Virus record (IMG/VR): IMGVR_UViG_3300045988_045189 | Location: 1-43,359 of that record | Reading direction: 5' to 3' (one strand) | DNA length: 43,359 nucleotides | DNA from: a virus | Part shown: positions 24,514 through 33,988 of the stretch, one piece after another | Layout: the number at the start of each line of letters is the position of its first letter | Position numbering within the stretch: the first letter of the stretch is position 1 | Made by a program: the position numbers and the translations under genes | The notes under the pieces: model-generated | The model's input: the letters and a program-made list of their open reading frames with translations, nothing else | Database searches by the model: none | What the model was told of the DNA's origin: nothing

Positions 24514-27500
24514 ATGGGTTGGCAGGATATCTACAAGAAGAAAATGCAGGAATCGGGCCTTGAGGCTGGCGATATCAATTTTGTTGATGTGGACACCTTC
24601 CATAAGAGGGAGCAGGAGCGGTGGAATGCCGAGGTGTCGTCCGGCAAAGTGCAAGCCGTGACGGCGCCGACGGCTCCTGCTGCGGCGACAAAGAAACGGG
24701 AGAGACAGGTGGTCTCTCCCTACGGGACGTTCCTGGGCGGGTTCTCCTTTGCGGGAGATCGGCAGAAAACCGCCAAGGAGCTGGCGGACGAAAAGGCCCA
24801 GCAGGAGGCGTATATCAAGGAGTACCGGCGGCTGGCGTGGCTTGATCTGGACGATTACCGCACAGAGGTGGAACAGGCTGGAAAAAAGGCACAGGAGAGC
24901 AAAGAACCGTATAATATCCACGCTTTTGGCGCTTACAATCCCCAAAAGTCGGAGGCAGAGCGTACTTACGCCACGATGAAGGCCGACCTGAACAAAGCCG
25001 AGAGCATCCAGTATGATATCAAGGGCCGCGAGGCGCTGGACAATCTGACGGAGGATCAGACCGCTGCATTGGAGGTGCTGACAGACACAACAGGCGTTCC
25101 CGCAGCTGCTGCGCATGTCGATGCCGCGCGGAAACAGGCTGCGCGGGAGGCACTGTTGGCATCTGGATTCTCGGAGGATGAGCTTTCGCAGCTGGTGAAT
25201 TACTATCGAAATATCCCCAAGCGGGAGAAGAACGCGGAGCGGTACGCCAAGGTGCAGGAGATGGCGCGGAATGAGGGCGAGAAGTCGCCTATTGGCGGTA
25301 CGCTGCTGTCGGTTCCGGCCAATCTTCTGAGCGGTGTAGGCGCTATCGACGCGGCGCTGCGGAAGCTGGCCGATCCCAATACGCCCACGGACTACAACGC
25401 CCCGGCCATGCTGCCTTATGCCTACGCCAGCGGCGTGCGGGGCGAGGTGACGAAAAACCTCCAGTATGACCACGGCGATGTGGCCGCGTTTGCGTATGGT
25501 GTGGGTACGTCTATGCTGGACAGCGCGGCCACGGTGGCACTGGCGGCGCTGGGCGTTCCGCCTGCTGCCGCTTCGGCCACACTGGGCGGCGCGGCGGCCA
25601 CCGACGCGATGGTGGCCGCAAAGGATCGTGGTCTGGACGATGACCACGCCATTGCCACCGGTGTGGCGGCGGGTATACTGGAATCTTTCTTTGAGAAGGT
25701 AAGTCTGGAAAGCCTGATCTCCATGAAGCTGCCCAGCGGGACGATGAAACAGCGGATCGTCGGCATGCTGAAGAATACTGCCATTCAGGCGGGCATTGAG
25801 GGCAGCGAGGAAGTGTTCACGGATATTGGCAATCTGTTGGCAGATAAGATCATCAACGGCGACATGACAGATGTGAACCAGCGGATCGCCGTATATATGG
25901 CTGGCGGCATGAGCTATCAGGAAGCGCAGCAGAAGGTCGTGGGCGAGACGATCAAGGACATGGCTGTGGACTTCGGTGCCGGTGCGCTGGCTGGCGGCCT
26001 GATGGGCGGCGGCAATATGGCGGTACAGACCGCCGTACAGGGCCGGTATCAGGATGCCATGCAACAGGTACGGCAGCAGTCCGGCGTGACCGGGGCTTAT
26101 CAGGCAAGCAAGGATGGCCGCACCACCTACAATGACGCCGACGCACAGATCCGTTCTGTGGTAAAGGACGGCAAGGTGCAGCTGGAGAGCGGCGAGACAG
26201 TAGACCCCAAGGACGTGCGCTTCAAGGATCAGCAGACCGCTGACCTCTACGAAGGTACTATCAACACAGCGGAGAACGCCGGGGCGGCGCAGGTGTTTGT
26301 GGATTCCTACACCGGCGGCGACGTGAGCCAGTATCTGCTGGGAATGAGACAGGCATATGAAGCAGGTCGGGCTGGCATCCCCGTGGAAGAAATGACGCAG
26401 GGGACGTTTGCCGACGATCTGAGCGAGGTACAGCGCAGTGCTGCCTATGAGCAGGGGCGGCTGGCGACGGAAGCGGAGTTCCCCACCATGGGCGACATGG
26501 GGCTGGGAGAATCTGGCAGTGCGGCATGGGACAAAGCAGAGAAGATCAACACCACACTGAGCAAGGGCAAGGTGCAGGCTGGCTTTACGGCGCTGTATCA
26601 GGCCGGTTTGCGGCGGGAATCTGCGGTCAACGTAAAGAGCGCGGCGGCCAGCGCACTGCCCCAGAGCGTGCAGACGGCGGCCTATGAGGCGGGCCTTTCC
26701 GACGCGGCGGCCAGCCTTGCACGGGAAAAGGCGGGGCTTACGCTTGTGAGCAGCGCAGGCAGCGAAAGCGGCCTTGTGGACAACGAGCATTCCCGGAAGA
26801 TGGCCAAGGAGCAGGCCGGTACGGCGGCGCTGCTGAACACGCTGGGCAAGAATCTGGGTGTGCGTATCGAGATGGTGGACACGATCTCCGGCGGTAAGGC
26901 CAACGGCGTGTACCTCTCCGGCCGAAACCTCATTCAGATCGCCGCCGACGCGGACAATGCCTTCGGCTTCGTGGCGGCCCATGAGGTGACACACCGCATG
27001 CAGGAGTTGGCGCCGGAGGAGTATCGTGCTTACCGCGATCACGCCATGAGCTACCGCGCACGGGAATCCGGCGAGGAGGGCGCTGCGGCGTATGTGGAGC
27101 GGTATCGGGCTATGGCCGAGGAGGCGGGCGTAAAGCTGACGCAGGAGGAGGCCATGGACGAGATCGCCGCCGACTTCACCCGCGACATGATGGAAAACGG
27201 CAAGCTTTTTGAGGATTTTGCCAAGGAGAACCGCAGCGCCGCGAAGAAGCTGCTAGACGCCCTGAAAGCCTTTATCGCAAAGGTCAAGTCCCTGTTCCGC
27301 AGCAAGGCGGCACAGGACAAGGCCGCACAGAACGCCTACGGCAAGAGCATGGCCGAACTGGAGCAGTGTGTGGCCTTGTGGCAGAAAGCCTATGACGCGG
27401 CGGGAAAACAGGCGCAAAAAGCAAAAACCGCCGCCCGCGAGGGCGACGGTGAGGGACGGTATCAGATCAAATATCCGCAGTACACGGAAACGGATATTAT

Positions 27501-30500
27501 GGATAATTCGGTGGCGCTTCAAAGCATGGATACCATCGGACATTTCACGGGAAACGAACTCGGAGACAGAAGTATCCCCCTCGACAAGAGAGTCAGGGCC
27601 TTTTTCGCGTCGCTCGGCAATAATGTGTACAGTGAACAGTTTGGAGATGTTGCGCTCAGCAAGTCGAGTATCAACTCCGAGTTCAGGCACGGAATAACAC
27701 CGCTTAAAGTCGTTACCTTTGCCGCCGTCCCAAGCGTAATAAAGGACGGTGTAGTCATTTATACGTTGAACAAAAACAGCAGCGGGCTTGAGAGAATTGT
27801 TGTCGCGGCGCCCGTTACTGTTGGGACACCCGCCGAGAAAATGTATGTGGCTGTGATGCTTCAGAGAGACCCGCAGAGCCAGCGGCTGTATCTGCATGAT
27901 GTGGTTACAGAAAAAGAGCTCGATATCAACAGTACCGAACACCTCAAAACCCATAGAGGGCCAGATACTGCTGAATACGAACTCTACACCACAGATATAC
28001 TACGGAACGCACTGAATGTCAAGGGCAAATTTTCCCTGAAAAAGCCATTGGAGGAGACAAAAGACCTGCTGGCGCTGCACAACCTGACAGAAACGAATCT
28101 TCTGGATGCTGTCAGACTGGGCGGGCTTCCGATGCCCTCTATCGCCGTGGTGAAGGGCGACGCGGGGCACAGTGAGTACGGCCCGATCTCCTTCGTTTTC
28201 AGCAAGGACACCATCGACCCGCAGCTGTTCCGCAGCAATAAGGTGTATGGCTATGATGCGTGGACACCCACCGCGCCGCAGATCGAATATGAGGTCAACG
28301 AAAAGGCCGCAGGACGTATTCATGACCTGTTTTACAGAATGCAGCGTGAAAAAGGCCGTGACTTTGTCAATCCGCTGTATTCCGTGGCCAACACGCTGGA
28401 GGATGAACTGAACCGCAAAGGTGGGTTGGAAAAGGTACTGGAGCCTATGCGGGACGATCCGCGTGTGATGAACATCTACCTTGAAGATACCGGACGTGGA
28501 GCAGTAGAAAAAGTGATGCGCCAAAACGTCAGCCGCATGGATGAAGGCCAGCAGGAAATGTCCGAGTTCCTGATCCGCGAATTGGGCGCTGACATTGTGG
28601 ACGGCTTCCGTGCAACCGGCAGCGAGGCTCCCATTGCCGCAAGAAGGCGGTGGTTTGCAGAACACGGCGAAGCGCTGAACGAGGCATTGCGGGAATACTA
28701 TGAAAAGCTGGGGCTGCCTGCGGAAGATGCCGCCGATGTGGTGAACGCTGAGACGAATGCAGCGAAGACAAAATATCTGCTGAATACGCGGAAGTATTTG
28801 AGCGGAAACACAGAGACGGTGACGGAAGAAGTCGATCTGGACGCTACCAATAATGCTATCCGCAAAAAGGTGGACAAGGCTGATTATGACCGCTGGCTGG
28901 ATGAGTTGTTTAAGGGTGTTGTAAAAAATGAGGGCATTTACAACGGTAAGGATTATTACACATCTTCCGGCAACCGCCGCAGCTTCTCTGCGACCCATTA
29001 TGAGATCACACTGGAGAATATTGTAAAGGCAATGAAGCGGGGCGACCAGAAGGGCACCAATACATTCTTTGGCGGACAAGCTATCTGGGGGGTGGCTTCA
29101 AAGGACTATAACTCCATTGATGAGATCAAGGCGGATTCCGGTCGACTGGTAAAAATGACGGAGGAAGAATACAGCGCCATCCGTCAGGAGTATTCGGCAC
29201 GGTTGGCAGAGTTGGCCAATGAGATCAAAGACCCCGCTGCCCGGAATGACTTTATTGCTTCGGACGATGCCGCTACGGCCATTGTGGAAACCCTGCGCAC
29301 AAAGCGTACCGCAGCAGCCATCGACAAGGAGCTGCGTACATATCCGACGCTGCGTATCAGGCCGGACACGGCGGGTAAGGTGCTGCAACTATTTGAAGAT
29401 ATTTCCAATATGCCCACAGGGTACTTTGAGGCAAAGCCGCAGCGTGCTGTGGGGTTTGACGAAGTGCTGGCCGCTGTGATCCCGGACGATACAAGCGCAA
29501 ATGCGAGGGCGGCACTGGCTCAGGCTGGCGTGAAAACGATTGAGTACAAGAGCGGAGATGAACAATCCCGCACAGATGCAGTAAACAGCGTGGAAGGCGC
29601 ACGCTTCCAGCTGAAATCCGCCACGGAGCTGGAGCGCGAGGTACGGGAGCTGAAGAAGGAGCGGCGGGCGCTGGAGAACCGGAACAAGGCACTCACTGAG
29701 CGCGTGGCCAAGTGGCGCGGGGAGCTGCGGCGCACCGAGACACCCAGCGTGCGCCCCGATGACGTGAAGAAGCTGGGGCGGCGGTTCCTCGATGAGTACG
29801 GTAGCAGCACCGACTATCGCGCCATTGAGAGCGACATGACGGCGCTGGGCAAGGCACTGATGGCCGACGATGTGTCCATGGACACCCTGCGGCCCCACGC
29901 CCGTGCGGCGGCGGAGAAGATCATCGACGGGGTGCTGGTGCAGGCGGAGAGCGGCGGGGAGCTGCTGGCCATCCGCGACCACCTGAAAAACGTCACGCTG
30001 CGGTATGCCGATGACGGCTCCATTCCGGATTTCAAGGACTGGCGCAGAGCCAACCGGGGGACGCTGAAGATCAGCGACAAGAGCGGCCTTGACGTGGATG
30101 TGGCGTACAGTGAGCTGACGGAGATGTTCGGCGAGGGCTATTTCCCCAGCACCATCATCCACCCCGGCGACCAGCTGCTGCGCATGAGCGAGGTGCTGGA
30201 CAACGTGGGCCGCATTTATGAGAATCCTTTTGACGGATTCCGTGACGCGGCGGTGACGGAGCTTTCCGACCTGCTGATCGACGGCATGATCGGCGAGGAT
30301 GTGCGGCAGAGCAACCCCACCTTTGCCGACCGGCAGGCACTGGAGCTTCAGGAGACCAAGGCACGGCTGACGCAGATGCTCATTAAGACCCGCGAGGGAC
30401 GTGACCGGCAGGTGGAGCGGATGCGGCGGCACTATCAGGAGCAGACCAAGGCCGGACGGGAGCGGCGCAATGCCACCGCCCTGCGGGCCAAGATCGCGCG

Positions 30501-33500
30501 GCATACCGCCGACCTGTCCCGGAAGCTGCTGACCCCCACGGACAAGCAGCACATTCCGGAGAAGCTGCGGCAGAGCGTGGCGGCGCTGCTGGGCAGCATC
30601 AATCAGGAGAGCGCGTACAGCATCAAGCCCGGCACGGAACACTATGTGATTCGTAAGGACGGCATGCGCGGCGGCCTTACGGGTGAGCATGTGGCGAACG
30701 GCGAGGGATTGCCCACGGCGCGGACACAGGCGGCCATTGCCCTGAAAAACGCCTATGACGAAATCCTCAAGAGCGGCGAAGCGCTGGTAATTGACCCCGA
30801 CCTGCTGGGCAGCGAGGGCGCGGGGCTGCTGGATCAGGTGATGGCGTTCGGCAACAAGCGCATTGCCGACATGAACAGCGAGGAGCTGACCACCGTATGG
30901 CAGGCGGTGCGGGCCATTGAGCAGAGCGTGTCCACCTTCAACAAGAATCTGGCGATTGAGCGCTATGCCGGGGTGCAGGAGCTGGCGGAAGCACTGCGGG
31001 ATGGCACGTTCTCCCGGAAGCGGGCCAACCGCAAGCTGGCGCTGGATCTCTATGACCCGTATACGTTCTTCTACGCCTACGGCGAGGCGGGCATGCAGGT
31101 ATACCGGACGCTGCGCAACGCGCAGGACAAGCAGAATACCATGCTGAAAACCATTCAGGCAGCGGCGGAGAAGTTCATGGACAAGGAGGTCTACAAGAAC
31201 CGTCTGGAGCGCCATGCGTTCTTCGTGGGCGAGGACGGCCAGCGGCTGGTGCTGACCACGGGGCAGATCATGAACCTCTACAATCTGGTGGGACGCGGCG
31301 AACAGGCGGTGCATCACCTGACGGTGGGCGGCGTGGTGCAGCCTGCCATTAAGAAAAACGGCAAACAGGCGGCCATTGAGCGGGGCACGGAGAACATCCG
31401 CCTGACGGTGGACGACCTGACCGCTATCACCGGCACGCTGACCGCAGCACAGCGGAGGGTGGCGGAGGGCTTCCAGAAGATCGCCAGCGGCGACCTTGCC
31501 AAGTGGGGCAACGAGGCCAGCATGACCGTGTATGGCTATCAGAAGTTCACGGAGGGGAAATACTGGCCCATCAAGGCGGCGCAGGAGGGCACCACCCAGA
31601 ACTCCGAGAAGGGCGCGGACGTGGCCCGCGAGATCAAGAACATGGGCAGCGCCAAGACTCTGACCCCCAACGCCAGCAACGCGCTGGAGATGGGGGACAT
31701 GTACGACGTGTTCGCCCAGAACGCCAGCGACATGATCCAGTACAGCACGCTGCTGGCCCCCATGGAGGACATCAACCGGCTATATAACTACCGCTACCGC
31801 GACGCCAAGGGCAACCTGACCGGCAAGAACGTGAAGCACGTTTTGACGGATGTGTACGGCGAGGCGGCGCAAAAATACTGGCGAAATCTGATGCGGGACG
31901 TGCAGAACGGCATGGGCAGCACCGGCACCGACACCACCCGATTCATTGAAAAGATGGTGGGCGGCGTGAAGGGCGCCAGCGTGGGCTTTAACCTACGGGT
32001 GGTGGCCCAGCAGCCGACGGCCTATGTCCGGGCGGCGGCCATTCTTGACCCATCTACGATGGCAAAGGGCATTGTGGGCGGCGCGACGGAGGGCAACGGC
32101 TGGGAAAAGGCCAAGAAGTACGCGCCCATTGCCAGCATCAAGGACACGGCGGGCTTTGACCAGAGCAGCCGGTACAGCATCGCCCAGAACGTCTATGGCG
32201 GTGAGGGCGGCGTGATGGACAAGCTGAACGACTGGAGCGGCTGGGCCGCCGGTAAGGCGGACGCCGTGACGTGGGGCGCTATCTGGAACGCCTGCGAGTG
32301 GACGGTGGTGAACGAGGGCGGCTATGAGAAAGGCAGTGACGCTTTCTTCTCCCGCGTGGCCCAGGTGTTCACAGAGGTCATTGACCAGTCTCAGGTGGTG
32401 GACGGCATCATGCAGCGGACGCAGATCATGCGGGACGCCAACGGCCTGACCAAGCAGGCCACGGCCTTTATGGGTGAGCCGCTGAAAACACTGAACATGT
32501 TCATGCGCGCCTATGACGCATGGCGGTTTGAGCAGAATATCCCGAAGCGCAGCGCCGCCATGAAGAAAATGACCCGCACCATCGGGGCCGTGCTGGTGAC
32601 GGATGTGGTGAACGCGCTGGTGCAGTCCCTTGTGGACGCCGCCCGTGACGACGATAAGGACAAGGGGTACTGGGCGCGGTACTGGGAGAAGCTGACCGGC
32701 GTCACCGGTGATAAGGAGAAGGACACCTTCCTGAATGTGCTGCTGGGCAGCAACCTCTGGGACAACGCTGACCCGCTGGGGCGGATTCCCTACGCGAAGG
32801 ACATTAAGTCGCTGATGCAGGGCTTTACGGTAAGCCGGATGGACGCCGACGCGGCGGGAGACTTCATTACAGCGGCGGAGGGCTTCGCCAAGAGTTTGCA
32901 GGGCGAGGGCAAGAAAACCCCGTTGTATGCTGCCAAGCAGCTGCTGACGGCGGGCAGTAAGATCTTCGGTGTCTCCGTAGCCAATGTGGGCCGTGACGTG
33001 TGGGCCATTGCCCGAAGCGTGGCGCAGGAGAGCGGCAATGTCCGCATGATGTACGAAATGGAGCGGGCCATCTGGCGGCTTGCGCCGGACGCGGGCAACA
33101 ACACTCGGTATTATAAACTGCTGTATATGGCCATGGAGCAGGACAAGGAAGCGTACCAGTATATCTATGACGATATGAAGAAGCGGGGGTACAGCGACGG
33201 ACAGCTCCAGAAGGGCATCAAGTCCGTTATTCAGGATTCCGGCGCGTCCGACACCGACATGCGCAAGCAGCTGGAGGATATCGGGTACAGCGAAGATGAA
33301 GCGCAGGTAATCGTCAGCAAGTGGGCCTTCAAGGAGAAGTACGGTTATGCCTACAACGAGAAGAGAGACGCATTTGTCGAGGGTGCTATTAACCGGCAGC
33401 AGCTGATCAATGAGATGGTCAGCATTGACGGTAAGACCCGCGAAGAGGCGGAAGCATATGTGACGCAGCTGCAATGCGAGGTCGATACCGGCATCAGCTA

Positions 33501-33915
33501 CGATGATCTTCGCGGCGCTTACAGTGCGGGCCGTATCCGCTACGATCAGGCGGTTTCCTACCTGAAACGGTATGGCGGCAAGGACGATGAATCCGCCACC
33601 AAGGCCGTTGAAAGATGGAAATTCACCGGAGACAGCGACGAGTACGACGATATTTCGACGGAGGCAGTGGAAAAGTATAACGAATACTGCGCCAGCACGG
33701 GTATGTCGGAGGACACCTACTACAAAGCATGGAGCGTCCTTCACAGCATGACCGGCGAGGACTACGACGGAGACGGCAAGAACGACGCTTACTCCAAGAT
33801 GGATAAGCGGCTGGAGTACATCGGCTCCCTGAATATCTCTTACGACCAGATGTTTGCATTGGCGCTGGCATCGGGTATCAGTGAAAAGCGGATCAACGAA
33901 CGGGCACCGTGGTAA
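24514..33915 (+). CDS. Giant 3,133-aa virion-module protein with HExxH metallopeptidase motif (polyvalent-protein-like)
   Basis: Uninterrupted ORF after TAAGGAGG. HEVTH at 26980..26994 in the context NAFGFVAAHEVTHRMQELAPEEY. Gly/Ala-rich hydrophobic segments, coiled coils and C-terminal helical repeats. Confidence 0.9.
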   Translation: MGWQDIYKKKMQESGLEAGDINFVDVDTFHKREQERWNAEVSSGKVQAVTAPTAPAAATKKRERQVVSPYGTFLGGFSFAGDRQKTAKELADEKAQQEAYIKEYRRLAWLDLDDYRTEVEQAGKKAQESKEPYNIHAFGAYNPQKSEAERTYATMKADLNKAESIQYDIKGREALDNLTEDQTAALEVLTDTTGVPAAAAHVDAARKQAAREALLASGFSEDELSQLVNYYRNIPKREKNAERYAKVQEMARNEGEKSPIGGTLLSVPANLLSGVGAIDAALRKLADPNTPTDYNAPAMLPYAYASGVRGEVTKNLQYDHGDVAAFAYGVGTSMLDSAATVALAALGVPPAAASATLGGAAATDAMVAAKDRGLDDDHAIATGVAAGILESFFEKVSLESLISMKLPSGTMKQRIVGMLKNTAIQAGIEGSEEVFTDIGNLLADKIINGDMTDVNQRIAVYMAGGMSYQEAQQKVVGETIKDMAVDFGAGALAGGLMGGGNMAVQTAVQGRYQDAMQQVRQQSGVTGAYQASKDGRTTYNDADAQIRSVVKDGKVQLESGETVDPKDVRFKDQQTADLYEGTINTAENAGAAQVFVDSYTGGDVSQYLLGMRQAYEAGRAGIPVEEMTQGTFADDLSEVQRSAAYEQGRLATEAEFPTMGDMGLGESGSAAWDKAEKINTTLSKGKVQAGFTALYQAGLRRESAVNVKSAAASALPQSVQTAAYEAGLSDAAASLAREKAGLTLVSSAGSESGLVDNEHSRKMAKEQAGTAALLNTLGKNLGVRIEMVDTISGGKANGVYLSGRNLIQIAADADNAFGFVAAHEVTHRMQELAPEEYRAYRDHAMSYRARESGEEGAAAYVERYRAMAEEAGVKLTQEEAMDEIAADFTRDMMENGKLFEDFAKENRSAAKKLLDALKAFIAKVKSLFRSKAAQDKAAQNAYGKSMAELEQCVALWQKAYDAAGKQAQKAKTAAREGDGEGRYQIKYPQYTETDIMDNSVALQSMDTIGHFTGNELGDRSIPLDKRVRAFFASLGNNVYSEQFGDVALSKSSINSEFRHGITPLKVVTFAAVPSVIKDGVVIYTLNKNSSGLERIVVAAPVTVGTPAEKMYVAVMLQRDPQSQRLYLHDVVTEKELDINSTEHLKTHRGPDTAEYELYTTDILRNALNVKGKFSLKKPLEETKDLLALHNLTETNLLDAVRLGGLPMPSIAVVKGDAGHSEYGPISFVFSKDTIDPQLFRSNKVYGYDAWTPTAPQIEYEVNEKAAGRIHDLFYRMQREKGRDFVNPLYSVANTLEDELNRKGGLEKVLEPMRDDPRVMNIYLEDTGRGAVEKVMRQNVSRMDEGQQEMSEFLIRELGADIVDGFRATGSEAPIAARRRWFAEHGEALNEALREYYEKLGLPAEDAADVVNAETNAAKTKYLLNTRKYLSGNTETVTEEVDLDATNNAIRKKVDKADYDRWLDELFKGVVKNEGIYNGKDYYTSSGNRRSFSATHYEITLENIVKAMKRGDQKGTNTFFGGQAIWGVASKDYNSIDEIKADSGRLVKMTEEEYSAIRQEYSARLAELANEIKDPAARNDFIASDDAATAIVETLRTKRTAAAIDKELRTYPTLRIRPDTAGKVLQLFEDISNMPTGYFEAKPQRAVGFDEVLAAVIPDDTSANARAALAQAGVKTIEYKSGDEQSRTDAVNSVEGARFQLKSATELEREVRELKKERRALENRNKALTERVAKWRGELRRTETPSVRPDDVKKLGRRFLDEYGSSTDYRAIESDMTALGKALMADDVSMDTLRPHARAAAEKIIDGVLVQAESGGELLAIRDHLKNVTLRYADDGSIPDFKDWRRANRGTLKISDKSGLDVDVAYSELTEMFGEGYFPSTIIHPGDQLLRMSEVLDNVGRIYENPFDGFRDAAVTELSDLLIDGMIGEDVRQSNPTFADRQALELQETKARLTQMLIKTREGRDRQVERMRRHYQEQTKAGRERRNATALRAKIARHTADLSRKLLTPTDKQHIPEKLRQSVAALLGSINQESAYSIKPGTEHYVIRKDGMRGGLTGEHVANGEGLPTARTQAAIALKNAYDEILKSGEALVIDPDLLGSEGAGLLDQVMAFGNKRIADMNSEELTTVWQAVRAIEQSVSTFNKNLAIERYAGVQELAEALRDGTFSRKRANRKLALDLYDPYTFFYAYGEAGMQVYRTLRNAQDKQNTMLKTIQAAAEKFMDKEVYKNRLERHAFFVGEDGQRLVLTTGQIMNLYNLVGRGEQAVHHLTVGGVVQPAIKKNGKQAAIERGTENIRLTVDDLTAITGTLTAAQRRVAEGFQKIASGDLAKWGNEASMTVYGYQKFTEGKYWPIKAAQEGTTQNSEKGADVAREIKNMGSAKTLTPNASNALEMGDMYDVFAQNASDMIQYSTLLAPMEDINRLYNYRYRDAKGNLTGKNVKHVLTDVYGEAAQKYWRNLMRDVQNGMGSTGTDTTRFIEKMVGGVKGASVGFNLRVVAQQPTAYVRAAAILDPSTMAKGIVGGATEGNGWEKAKKYAPIASIKDTAGFDQSSRYSIAQNVYGGEGGVMDKLNDWSGWAAGKADAVTWGAIWNACEWTVVNEGGYEKGSDAFFSRVAQVFTEVIDQSQVVDGIMQRTQIMRDANGLTKQATAFMGEPLKTLNMFMRAYDAWRFEQNIPKRSAAMKKMTRTIGAVLVTDVVNALVQSLVDAARDDDKDKGYWARYWEKLTGVTGDKEKDTFLNVLLGSNLWDNADPLGRIPYAKDIKSLMQGFTVSRMDADAAGDFITAAEGFAKSLQGEGKKTPLYAAKQLLTAGSKIFGVSVANVGRDVWAIARSVAQESGNVRMMYEMERAIWRLAPDAGNNTRYYKLLYMAMEQDKEAYQYIYDDMKKRGYSDGQLQKGIKSVIQDSGASDTDMRKQLEDIGYSEDEAQVIVSKWAFKEKYGYAYNEKRDAFVEGAINRQQLINEMVSIDGKTREEAEAYVTQLQCEVDTGISYDDLRGAYSAGRIRYDQAVSYLKRYGGKDDESATKAVERWKFTGDSDEYDDISTEAVEKYNEYCASTGMSEDTYYKAWSVLHSMTGEDYDGDGKNDAYSKMDKRLEYIGSLNISYDQMFALALASGISEKRINERAPW

Positions 33916-33916
33916 C

Positions 33917-33958
33917 ACGGAAGCGGCGGTGGGATAGAGTTTCCACCGCCGCTTCTGT
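33917..33958 (+). terminator. Strong hairpin terminator after the giant ORF
   Basis: GAAGCGGCGGTGG / CCACCGCCGCTTC (13 bp plus extensions), followed by a T-rich stretch. Confidence 0.7.
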
Positions 33959-33988
33959 TATGCTCTTATGTAAAAAGGGGTGAGAGAC

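Noticed and set aside
24514-33915. Giant ORF as an ordinary tape-measure protein
   Set aside because: No tail tube, sheath, tail-assembly chaperone frameshift pair or distal tail/baseplate genes accompany it. It also carries an HExxH enzymatic motif and a compositionally foreign insert. A partial tape-measure-like or ejection role cannot be excluded.
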